From: a virus
Lineage: Duplodnaviria; Caudoviricetes
Reading direction: 5' to 3' (one strand)
IMG/VR virus record: IMGVR_UViG_3300049781_000020
Span: 1-30,246 of that record
Length of the DNA stretch: 30,246 nucleotides
Numbering within the stretch: the first letter of the stretch is position 1; each line of letters starts with the position of its first letter. The position numbers and the translations under genes were made by a program. The notes under the pieces are model-generated. The model saw only the letters and a program-made list of their open reading frames with translations, was not told the origin of the DNA and ran no database searches. Of the stretch, positions 1-7,070 are shown in pieces.

Positions 1-1
1 C

Positions 2-424
2 GCCTACACCCGCCCCCCGGTACCCCCGCGCGTCCCGCAAGACCCCCGCTACAGCCAGGGCTCCGTCACCCTCCAGACCCTCGACCAGGGCGAGGTCACC
101 ATCGCTGAGCCCGCCTGGTGCGTCGGCCACGACGACGACCACGTGTGCGCCTTCGTGGACATCCAGCACCGCGGCCCCTCCAGCACCGCCGGCGCCGTCA
201 CCGCCCGCTACGGACACATCCCCGTCCTCGACACCCACCTCACGCACTTCCCGCACGGCGACAGGCTGCGGGAGATGGCGCCCCTGCTGTCCATCCGCCT
301 CGAGGTCGACGTCAACGTCGTCCCCGAGGACGCCCGGCACATCACCCAGGCCCTCCGCGTCAGCATCGCCCGCATCGAACGGGCCATCGCCGACCTCGCC
401 CACCTGCGAGGCGAGCAGCGATGA
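2..424 (+). CDS. 5'-truncated hypothetical protein, DUF6907-like
   Basis: Frame open from window start: ...SVTLQTLDQGEVTIAEPAWCVGHDDDH...DIQHRGP; the PxWCxGH...DxxH pattern recalls DUF6907 proteins of Streptomyces mobile elements; stop overlaps next ATG (ATGA). Confidence 0.6.
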   Translation, partial: AYTRPPVPPRVPQDPRYSQGSVTLQTLDQGEVTIAEPAWCVGHDDDHVCAFVDIQHRGPSSTAGAVTARYGHIPVLDTHLTHFPHGDRLREMAPLLSIRLEVDVNVVPEDARHITQALRVSIARIERAIADLAHLRGEQR

Positions 425-1515
425 GGAAGCTCACCAAGGGGCAGATCGCCGTCCTGTCGGTCGCCGCGGTCCTCATGGCCGGTGTCGGAGGGTTCGGCGC
501 CTGGGGTACCTACACGAACGCGGTCGCTGAGTTCCACCGCGAAGCCACCGCCGCGGGCGTCGTCGCCGCCGGAGAGGGCCTGACGCTGATCCTGGGCCTG
601 GTCATGCTGCTGCGGACGATGCTGGGGCAGTCCTCGCCCGCGGTCGTCCGGCTCGGCATGTGGCTGGCCCCGGTCTCCGCGGCCTGCGTCGGCGTCACGA
701 TCGCCGGGACCGCCCGCGAGGCCGCCGTGTACGCGGTCACCCCGCTGGCCATGTCCGGCGCCGCCGAGGGCCTGTCCTTCGTCGCCCGGTCGGTCGTCGT
801 CTTCACCACCGGCGTGGACGCCGAGACGATGCGCCGCAACGCCGACGTCGCCCGCCAGCTCGCCTTCCACCGCGCCGTCGCCGACGGACACCCCGGCAGG
901 CTCAAGAAGTGGGCCGCGCAGCGCCGCTACTGGCAGCTCGCCCGCCACGTCGGCGTCGGCGACGCCGAACTCGGCGCCGGCCTCGTCGACGTCCAACGCC
1001 ACCGCGTGAAGGACGGAGCCGATGCGGCCCTCGCCAAGATGTACGGCGCCCCGGCGGCCACCGATTCCACAAGGGTGGAACGCCCCCGCACCGTGTCCGC
1101 GACGGACGCCCTGCGCGAGCACTTCGCCGGCATGGACCCGGATGATGCGATCCGCCTCGCGCATGATGCGCGGCCTGATGCGGCCCCCGCCGAACTCGCT
1201 CACCTCCTCGGCACCTACGACATCCACGTGGACGCCGTAGCGGTCGCCCTGGTCCTCGGACGCAAGCCCGCCGAGTACGAGGTCGAACGCGATGATGCGG
1301 ATGATGCGCAGCAGGTCAACGCCCTGCCGCGCGGCGCCAAGACCGCCGCCATCCGGGAGGCCGCATCATCCCTCGGCGATGATGCGCGCGCCTCCGACAT
1401 CGTCCGCGCCGTAGCCGACCGGCACCGCATCGACGTCGACGAGAACTACGTCCGCACCGTCCTCTCGCGCAAGCCGAAGGCCAAGCGCGACCCCGGCAAC
1501 GGAGGCTACGCGTGA
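421..1515 (+). CDS. Spd-like (spread/transfer) membrane protein, ~4 N-terminal TM helices and a probable C-terminal winged-helix domain (364 aa)
   Basis: ATG at 421 overlaps upstream stop; hydrophobic segments in first ~130 aa; C-terminal ARASDIVRAVADRHRIDVDENYVRTVLSR is wHTH-like; upstream of traB-like gene. The Arg-rich 118-420 extension in the ORF track is a shadow frame. Confidence 0.65.
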   Translation: MRKLTKGQIAVLSVAAVLMAGVGGFGAWGTYTNAVAEFHREATAAGVVAAGEGLTLILGLVMLLRTMLGQSSPAVVRLGMWLAPVSAACVGVTIAGTAREAAVYAVTPLAMSGAAEGLSFVARSVVVFTTGVDAETMRRNADVARQLAFHRAVADGHPGRLKKWAAQRRYWQLARHVGVGDAELGAGLVDVQRHRVKDGADAALAKMYGAPAATDSTRVERPRTVSATDALREHFAGMDPDDAIRLAHDARPDAAPAELAHLLGTYDIHVDAVAVALVLGRKPAEYEVERDDADDAQQVNALPRGAKTAAIREAASSLGDDARASDIVRAVADRHRIDVDENYVRTVLSRKPKAKRDPGNGGYA

Positions 1516-1529
1516 TGATGCGCATCATC
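1141..1529. repeat. Cluster of GATGATGCG motifs in both orientations, including a 16-bp palindrome GATGATGCGCATCATC
   Basis: Copies at 1141, 1163 (ATGATGCG), 1176 (TGATGCG), 1291, 1300, 1362 (reverse), 1378 and the palindrome at 1514-1529. Confidence 0.8.
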
Positions 1530-1703
1530 TTCGGTATCGTCCTCGGCGTCCTCGTGGCCTGTCCGACGCTCGCCGCGGTCCTCCTCGCCATCCTCGGCAG
1601 CGTCGCCGTCACGGCCGCCACCTACCCGCCGGTCCTCGTCGCCGCGGCCGGCGTCTGGGCCTGGCCCCGCATCACCGCCCGGGCCCGGGGGTGGTGGGCA
1701 TGA
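1512..1703 (+). CDS. Small hydrophobic membrane protein of the transfer/spread block
   Basis: 63 aa, almost entirely hydrophobic, overlaps both neighbours (GTGA/ATGA coupling). Confidence 0.7.
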   Translation: MMMRIIFGIVLGVLVACPTLAAVLLAILGSVAVTAATYPPVLVAAAGVWAWPRITARARGWWA

Positions 1704-2035
1704 GCGACGCCCTGGAGAAGGCGGAGCAGGCCGCCCGTGAGGCCGCCAGCAACACCGACGTTCTCGCCGTGGCCATGGCCGCGCTCGACCTCGCCAAGTC
1801 CGCCCAGGCACAGACCCAGCAGCAGCCCGCCGGCTGCGGCCACGACCACTCCCGGTTCGACGCACGGAAGTGGTGGACCATCGGCGGCCTCGCGATCGTC
1901 GGCGGCTGCGTCGCCTGCGCCCTCGCCCTCGCGTTCGCCGTGGCCATGGTCGCCGTCGCCATCGGCGCGACCAGCGCCACCGGCAGCTTCCTCATCCTCC
2001 GCAGCATCTGGATCCAGACCCAGAAGGGCCGCTGA
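1700..2035 (+). CDS. SpdD-like small membrane protein (111 aa)
   Basis: ATGA overlap; hydrophilic N-terminus, CGH motif, then long TM hairpin (WWTIGGLAIVGGCVACALALAFAVAMVAVAIG...LILRSIW), as in SpdD-like proteins. Confidence 0.6.
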   Translation: MSDALEKAEQAAREAASNTDVLAVAMAALDLAKSAQAQTQQQPAGCGHDHSRFDARKWWTIGGLAIVGGCVACALALAFAVAMVAVAIGATSATGSFLILRSIWIQTQKGR

Positions 2036-2051
2036 CCTGCCCTTCCGTCCT

Positions 2052-2085
2052 CCGCCGTTTTCAGGCGATCCCCTGAAAACGGCGG
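2052..2085. repeat. Perfect 14-bp inverted repeat (hairpin or operator)
   Basis: CCGCCGTTTTCAGG-cgatcc-CCTGAAAACGGCGG, intergenic. Confidence 0.75.
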
Positions 2086-2130
2086 GGGTGCGGTGGGGCC
2101 GGACAGCCCGGCCCGCCCAAGGAGAAACCG

Positions 2131-2331
2131 ATGGACCGCGCCCAGCACCTTGCCCTGGCCACCGAGGCCGTCACCCACGCCGAGCGCCTCGCTGGCGCCG
2201 CCGACCGGCACGCCTACAACGAGCGGGAGAGGACGCCCGCGCTCGCCGCCGCGTCCGCGGCCTGGGCCGACATCGCCCGCACCCACGCCGCCATCGCCGC
2301 CCTGCTCCCCGACACCACCACGGAGGACTGA
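2131..2331 (+). CDS. Hypothetical protein (66 aa)
   Basis: AAGGAGA RBS upstream of ATG; GC-rich third positions. Confidence 0.7.
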   Translation: MDRAQHLALATEAVTHAERLAGAADRHAYNERERTPALAAASAAWADIARTHAAIAALLPDTTTED

Positions 2332-2334
2332 CCC

Positions 2335-2529
2335 ATGGCCGCCCTCGACCTCAACGCCAGCGACTACACCGCCGGTGAGAAGGCCCGCCTGACCTTGCTG
2401 ATCGCCCGCATGGCCAAGCGCGGCATCGCCGACGACGGCACCGGCAACGTCGACCAGTCCGACCTGCAGCGCAAGTTCGAGCGCATCCAGGACCAGGCCC
2501 GCAAGCGCAAGCAGCAGGGCCGCAAGTAG
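2335..2529 (+). CDS. Small basic protein, DUF6257-like (64 aa)
   Basis: GGAGGA RBS; TAGEKARLTLLIARMAKRGIADD...VDQSDLQRK recalls DUF6257 proteins seen near traB genes. Confidence 0.6.
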   Translation: MAALDLNASDYTAGEKARLTLLIARMAKRGIADDGTGNVDQSDLQRKFERIQDQARKRKQQGRK

Positions 2530-2535
2530 CTCAGC

Positions 2536-2579
2536 CCCGGGGACGGCGTCCTACGACCAAGCAGCCCGCCGTCCCCGGG
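2536..2579. promoter_or_regulatory. 13-bp inverted repeat with 18-nt loop upstream of traB-like gene
   Basis: CCCGGGGACGGCG (2536-2548) and CGCCGTCCCCGGG (2567-2579). Confidence 0.55.
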
Positions 2580-2615
2580 CCCTCCATACCCCAGCAAGAG
2601 GCAGGGAGCCCCAGC

Positions 2616-4691
2616 ATGACCGTTCACCTGATCAAGCCGCCACAGGACGCGCAGGACACCCCCGCGTCCGAGGCGTCCTCCACCCGTCCCGACCGGCGCC
2701 GCGCACGGTACCGGCGCATCGCCAAGGCCGCCCTCGCCGACGAGCGCGTGCGCACCGCAGGACGCCTCGCCGTCCGCCACGGCTCCTACATGATCGGCGG
2801 CACGAAGATCGCCGCCCGCTGCGTCTGGGACGGCCGCACCGCCTCCCGGTACGAGCGGATGATCCGCGCCGCCGAAGCCGCCGGCCTCATGGACGAGATC
2901 AAGGAATGGGAGCAGCGCGCCGCCGCCTACCGGGCCGCCCGGCACACCCGTCGCATGCAGATGCTGCAGGCCGCCGTGCAACTGCCCAAGGCCCTCGGCC
3001 TGGCCCTCGTCAGCGGCTTCGGCGTCCTGATGCTCCTCGGCATCCTCCTCGCCTGGGGTACCGGCGACCCCCACGCCGTCCTCGCCCCCGCCGAGGTCGT
3101 CGTCGAACTGGTGCGCTGGGTTGCCCTCATCGGCGGCATCGTCTGGGGGCCGTTCCTCCTCGCCGCGCCCTGGATCGGCCTCGCCGCCGTCTGGGCCATC
3201 GGCCAGCAGCGCCACACCGCACCCCAGTGGGCCCTGCCCGTCCACGCGCGTGACCTCGGCGCCGCCATCACCCCGTCCATCGTCGTCGTCGCCTTCCGTG
3301 ACCTGGGCATTTCCCCGCTCCGCAAGGCCATCGACGCCATGGCAGACGGCGCCGCCGCCCTCCTCTCCCCGATCCTCATCGCCGGATGCGGCGTCGAAGT
3401 CGACGTCCACCTCCCCTCCGGCGTCTCCACCGAAGAGATCCAGGCCAGGCGCCGCAAGCTCGCCGAAAACCTCAACCGGCACGAACACGAGGTGTTCATC
3501 ACCATCCCGCCCTCCCCGCGCACCGTCCGCCTGTGGATCGCCGACTCCGGCGCCCTCGACGAGCCCATCGGCCCCTCCCCGCTGCTCCTCGAAGAGGAGA
3601 CCCGCGCCAACTACAAGACCGGCCGCGCCCCGTGGGGCCAGTCCCTGCGCGGCGACTCCGTGTCCCTCAGCGTCTACCAGCGGCATCTGCTGATGACCGG
3701 CCTGTCCAACCAGGGCAAGACCGCCTCCCTGCGGGCCGTGGCCCTGTGGCTCGCCTTCGACCCCACCGTCGAGTTCTGGATCGGCGACCTCAAGGGCATC
3801 GGCGACTGGGGCATGTTCGACGGCATCGCCAAGGTGCTCATCCAGGGCCCCACCGACGAACACGCCTGCGCCGTCACCGAGATGCTCGAAGCGGCCGTCA
3901 AGGAGATGGAACGTCGCCTCCAGGAGCCCGGCGTCGACCATCCGCCGCTGGTCGTTATCGTCGACGAAGCGCAGGTCGCGTTCATGAACCCGTTGAAGAG
4001 CCCCGACGGCCGCCACTACGGCGGCAAGAAGGCCACCAGCCGCTACTTCATGGCCTGCCGCCGCCTCCACAACCAGGGCCGGGCCGTGTCCGTCACCCTG
4101 TGGCAGGGCACCCAGGACCCCACCGACGAGAACCTGCCCAAGCTGGTCCGCGAAGGCGCCCACATCCGCGGCTCCCTCGTCGTCGGCACCGAGTCCCAGG
4201 CCAAGATGGCGCTCGGCGACAAGGCCGTCGACGCCGGCGCCGCCCCGCACCTGCTCCGCCAGGGCCTCGACAAGGGCACCCTCGTCGTCGCAGGCGACGG
4301 CATCGACATCCCCGCGGGCGAGCCGTCCATCACCGTCCGCACCCACTTCATCGACACCGACCCCGCCAAGGAGATCGCCGAACGCGCCAAGCAGCTGCGC
4401 GACGGCGTCGCCACCGTCCACCAGCTGGAGATCGTCGCACCCGTCGACCACCTCGCCGACCTCGCCGCCGTCGTCGGAACCGAGAAGCGGGTGAAGACCG
4501 GCGAGGTGCTGCACCGGCTGAAGACCCGCAACCACGCCGTCTACGAGAACTGGGACGGCAAGCGCCTGCGCGCCCTCCTCGTCGACCACGGCGAGGACAC
4601 CGGCGTGTACGACGGCTACCCCGTCGTGAAGTTGGAGGCCGTCCAGAGGGCCCTCGAAAGCCGCGCAGAGGAGATCGCAGAGGCTCAGTGA
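2616..4691 (+). CDS. traB: TraB-like FtsK/SpoIIIE-family conjugative dsDNA translocase (691 aa)
   Basis: N-terminal TM segments, Walker A GLSNQGKT, Walker B LVVIVDEAQ, GRAVSVTLWQGTQDP FtsK motif, C-terminal wHTH-like region; preceded by spd-like genes. Confidence 0.85.
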   Translation: MTVHLIKPPQDAQDTPASEASSTRPDRRRARYRRIAKAALADERVRTAGRLAVRHGSYMIGGTKIAARCVWDGRTASRYERMIRAAEAAGLMDEIKEWEQRAAAYRAARHTRRMQMLQAAVQLPKALGLALVSGFGVLMLLGILLAWGTGDPHAVLAPAEVVVELVRWVALIGGIVWGPFLLAAPWIGLAAVWAIGQQRHTAPQWALPVHARDLGAAITPSIVVVAFRDLGISPLRKAIDAMADGAAALLSPILIAGCGVEVDVHLPSGVSTEEIQARRRKLAENLNRHEHEVFITIPPSPRTVRLWIADSGALDEPIGPSPLLLEEETRANYKTGRAPWGQSLRGDSVSLSVYQRHLLMTGLSNQGKTASLRAVALWLAFDPTVEFWIGDLKGIGDWGMFDGIAKVLIQGPTDEHACAVTEMLEAAVKEMERRLQEPGVDHPPLVVIVDEAQVAFMNPLKSPDGRHYGGKKATSRYFMACRRLHNQGRAVSVTLWQGTQDPTDENLPKLVREGAHIRGSLVVGTESQAKMALGDKAVDAGAAPHLLRQGLDKGTLVVAGDGIDIPAGEPSITVRTHFIDTDPAKEIAERAKQLRDGVATVHQLEIVAPVDHLADLAAVVGTEKRVKTGEVLHRLKTRNHAVYENWDGKRLRALLVDHGEDTGVYDGYPVVKLEAVQRALESRAEEIAEAQ

Positions 4692-4853
4692 CCCGGCAGT
4701 GGGCAGTGACCTTCCACTACCAAGCTCACTGCCCCGCCCCACTGGCCTTGATCAGCGGAAACGACGATCTAGTGAGGCAGTGAGGCAGCTCCAAGTGTCC
4801 TCCTACGGGGCCCGGGAGCGGCCTGCCGAACGCCCCACGCAGCCTCACTCACT
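4685..4853. repeat. Candidate clt (cis-acting locus of transfer): AGTGAGGC/GGCAGTG repeats right after traB
   Basis: GGCAGTGGGCAGTGA 4695-4709; reverse CTCACTGCCCC 4725-4735; tandem AGTGAGGC-AGTGAGGC 4771-4786; reverse GCCTCACT 4842-4849. Confidence 0.5.
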
Positions 4854-4869
4854 ACGAGAGGATGACCCC

Positions 4870-5241
4870 ATGGATGACCTGGTGCGGTGGCTGCGCGCGC
4901 AGCTCGACGACGACGAGCAGATCGCGCGGGAGGCGCACGCTCCCAACTGGTCGACGGATGGTCGGCGCGGCCTGCACTACGGCGTCGAGGATGGATGGAT
5001 GACCGACGCACTGACTACCGCGGATGCGGACCACATCGCCCGCCACGATCCGGCGCGGGTGCTGCGCGAGATCGACGCCAAGCGGCAGCTGCTCGCCGAC
5101 TTCGCTCCCCTGCTGGCCCAGACGGACGCCACGATCGATGGTGAGTGGAACGGCCACGACGACCTACACGGTCGACTGCTGGCCTACCTCACGCTGCCCT
5201 ACGCGGACCGGCCCGGCTACCGCGACGAGTGGCGGCCGTAG
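4870..5241 (+). CDS. DUF6221-like protein (123 aa)
   Basis: MDDLVRWLRAQLDDDE...HIARHDPARVLREIDAKRQLL...LPYADRPGYRDEWRP is the characteristic pattern; GAGGA RBS. Confidence 0.8.
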   Translation: MDDLVRWLRAQLDDDEQIAREAHAPNWSTDGRRGLHYGVEDGWMTDALTTADADHIARHDPARVLREIDAKRQLLADFAPLLAQTDATIDGEWNGHDDLHGRLLAYLTLPYADRPGYRDEWRP

Positions 5242-5258
5242 GACGGCATCATGGGGCC

Positions 5259-5459
5259 ATGGACACCGCGTACATCCCGCCCGGCTACTACGGCACCCGC
5301 GACGTCGCCCGCGCCCTACAGACCAGCCCCGGCGCCGTCCGCAACCTCGTCTACCGCGGCCGGCTCAAGCGCGTCGGCGGCACCGAACGACAGCCCTGGT
5401 TCCGCGCCGAAGACGTCGCCACACTCCTCGCCGAACGCCAGACACGCACCGCCGCTTGA
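5259..5459 (+). CDS. Small MerR/excisionase-type HTH DNA-binding protein (66 aa), candidate late regulator; probably leaderless
   Basis: TRDVARALQTSPGAVRNLVYRGRLKR..PWFRAEDV HTH signature; -10-like CATCAT 6 nt before ATG and no RBS. Confidence 0.75.
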   Translation: MDTAYIPPGYYGTRDVARALQTSPGAVRNLVYRGRLKRVGGTERQPWFRAEDVATLLAERQTRTAA

Positions 5460-5485
5460 CCGCAGGTCAGAAGCTGTGTGACGAT
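5456..5485 (+). promoter_or_regulatory. Putative HrdB-type promoter for the late operon
   Basis: TTGACC (5456-5461), 18-nt spacer, GACGAT (5480-5485; imperfect -10), directly upstream of packaging genes. Confidence 0.5.
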
Positions 5486-5532
5486 CCGGGTGAACAACTG
5501 TGCCCTCAACCGGCACCCACAGACTCACCACC

Positions 5533-5565
5533 AAGCCCCGGAAGGCCACCGAGCCCCCGGGGCTT
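5533..5565 (+). terminator. Terminator/attenuator-like hairpin just after the putative late promoter
   Basis: AAGCCCCGG...CCGGGGCTT followed by CGCCGTGTC. Confidence 0.5.
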
Positions 5566-5654
5566 CGCCGTGTCACAGGACGGCCACACCGCCCCCACCA
5601 CGCCCCCCGACGACGGATGATGCCCACCAGCATCCGACCGTCCTTGGGGGGACC

Positions 5655-5909
5655 ATGAGCGACTACCGCGCCATCCAGACCGCCGTCAGAGTCGAGAAGC
5701 TCCGCATCTGGTTCGCCTGGCTGACCGGCAACATCATCCTGCTGGCCATCGCACTCGCCACCCAGGACATCCGCATCGTCAGCGTCATCACCCAGCTGCT
5801 GCTCGTCGCAGGCTTCCTCGCGTTGACCGTCGCCCTGGTCCGCATGACCGGCGCCCTCAACCGCAAGGCGCTCGCCGCCCGACGCGAAGTCCTCGGCGAC
5901 GACCTGTAG
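5655..5909 (+). CDS. Small two-TM membrane protein (84 aa)
   Basis: GGGGGGA RBS-like run before ATG; two hydrophobic helices. Confidence 0.7.
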   Translation: MSDYRAIQTAVRVEKLRIWFAWLTGNIILLAIALATQDIRIVSVITQLLLVAGFLALTVALVRMTGALNRKALAARREVLGDDL

Positions 5910-5922
5910 GACGGAGGCGCCC

Positions 5923-6204
5923 GTGGCCGGCAACCCCCGCAACGGGCGCCCCTACCGCCGCCTCGTCGACTGGCTCCGAGCACAGCGCCTCCCGTGCTGG
6001 CTGTGCGGCCACAACATCGGCTACGACCTCGACCCGCGGCACCCGCTGTCCTTCACCCTCGACCACGAGCAGCCCCTCTCCCGCGGCGGCTCGCTCCTCG
6101 ACCCGGCCAACGCCCGGCCCGCACACCGGCGCTGCAACAGCAGCAAGGGCAACCGCACCGCCGCACCGAGGATGCCACCCCAGCGAGCCTCCCGAAGGTG
6201 GTGA
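5923..6204 (+). CDS. Packaging-associated HNH endonuclease (93 aa)
   Basis: CWLCG...LDHEQPLSRGG...NARPAHRRCNSSKG; GGAGG RBS; upstream of terminase as in HK97 gp74-type cos phages. Confidence 0.9.
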   Translation: MAGNPRNGRPYRRLVDWLRAQRLPCWLCGHNIGYDLDPRHPLSFTLDHEQPLSRGGSLLDPANARPAHRRCNSSKGNRTAAPRMPPQRASRRW

Positions 6205-6206
6205 CC

Positions 6207-6404
6207 ATGGCCGTCGAGGAACTCCCAGACCGCTGCTGCGGATGCGTCGGTGCCCAGTGCTGCAACTGCGGCGAGGAGTCGTGTGACGGCGACCGCCCCG
6301 AGTGCTGGCACACCGAGGCCGACACGCCCTGTGACTGGGACGTGTGCCGCCAGCCTGAACGCCTCGCAGCCGGTGACCGGGGCAGCGACCCTGCCTGGCG
6401 TTGA
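6207..6404 (+). CDS. Cys-rich miniprotein (65 aa, 10 Cys)
   Basis: MAVEELPDRCCGCVGAQCCNCGEESCDGDRPECWHTEADTPCDWDVCRQ...; fills the gap between HNH and P-loop gene; AAGGTGG upstream. Confidence 0.6.
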   Translation: MAVEELPDRCCGCVGAQCCNCGEESCDGDRPECWHTEADTPCDWDVCRQPERLAAGDRGSDPAWR

Positions 6405-6415
6405 GGTGACGCCCG

Positions 6416-6853
6416 GTGCTGTACGTAGTCACCGGCCCGCCGGCCGCAGGCAAGTCCAGCTGGATCCAGTCGCACGCCACCGCCCGAGACATCGTCATCG
6501 ACCTCGACCGCATCACCGTCGCCCTCACCGGACCCGGCGCCCCCAACTGGAACCACGACCCGCTGCACCAGCGCGTCGCCCAACGCGCCCGCTACGCCGC
6601 CATCGACGAGGCGTGCCAGTTGCTCGACAAGCTCGACGTCTTCCTGATCCACACCATGCCCAGCCCCAAGGCCCTCGCCAAGTACAAGCGGCTCAAGGCC
6701 CGCATCGTCGTGGTCGACCCAGGACGGGACATCGTCACAGAACGTATCGCCGCTATGCGATCACCAGAGATGGAGCGCGTCGCGACCCGGTGGTACAACA
6801 CCCGCCGCTCCCAGCCGCGCGCCGGCATGCCGCAGGCGTCCCGACGATGGTGA
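6416..6853 (+). CDS. Small P-loop NTPase (AAA/kinase-like, 145 aa)
   Basis: N-terminal Walker A VVTGPPAAGKS then IVIDLD; GAGGTG RBS. Confidence 0.85.
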   Translation: MLYVVTGPPAAGKSSWIQSHATARDIVIDLDRITVALTGPGAPNWNHDPLHQRVAQRARYAAIDEACQLLDKLDVFLIHTMPSPKALAKYKRLKARIVVVDPGRDIVTERIAAMRSPEMERVATRWYNTRRSQPRAGMPQASRRW

Positions 6854-7070
6854 ATCCGGACATACACGGACAGTGGCTGCCCATTCTTTGGATTCCGGAC
6901 CGGGCGACCCAAACGCCCTTGTCGCCCGATTTTTTGCGCGGCCCGATCTGCTCGCTAATCACCGCGAACTCGGTTCGAGTGAATTAGCAGACGGTCACTG
7001 TGCGTGATGTGACTCTGTGTCACGCCGCTATTCCAACGAACTGGGTTCGAGAGTTTTAGCGGAGGTGCTC
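6854..7070. other. Structured intergenic region, probable cos/packaging-initiation site
   Basis: Between HNH/NTPase and terS; lower GC; IR CGGGCGAC-12nt-GTCGCCCG (6901-6928) then T-tract; two CGAAC-N3-GTTCG palindromes (6965, 7037) flanking two 15-bp boxes. Confidence 0.55.
6994..7023. promoter_or_regulatory. Two adjacent BldD-box-like 15-mers
   Basis: GTCACTGTGCGTGAT (6994-7008, one mismatch) and GTGACTCTGTGTCAC (7009-7023, full match) to nTnACnC(A/T)GnGTnAn. Confidence 0.5.

Noticed and set aside
118-420. Arg/Pro-rich N-terminal extensions in the ORF track (118, 8830, 18258, 22394, 23106, 25793)
   Set aside because: They overlap upstream genes in another frame; RBS and stop-start coupling point to starts at 421, 9970, 19539, 24014, 23757 and 25628
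2616-4691. Host cell-division FtsK or type VII secretion EccC
   Set aside because: Single ATPase domain, spd-like neighbours, location inside the element and no WXG100/ecc genes favour TraB
5259-5459. HTH gene as the excisionase/recombination directionality factor
   Set aside because: Fold is compatible, but it is far from att and integrase and directly precedes the putative late promoter; not excluded, but unsupported
6965-7049. CGAAC-N3-GTTCG palindromes as LexA (SOS) boxes
   Set aside because: The actinobacterial SOS box has a 4-nt spacer (TCGAAC-N4-GTTCGA); both copies here have 3 nt, so they are treated as element-specific sites
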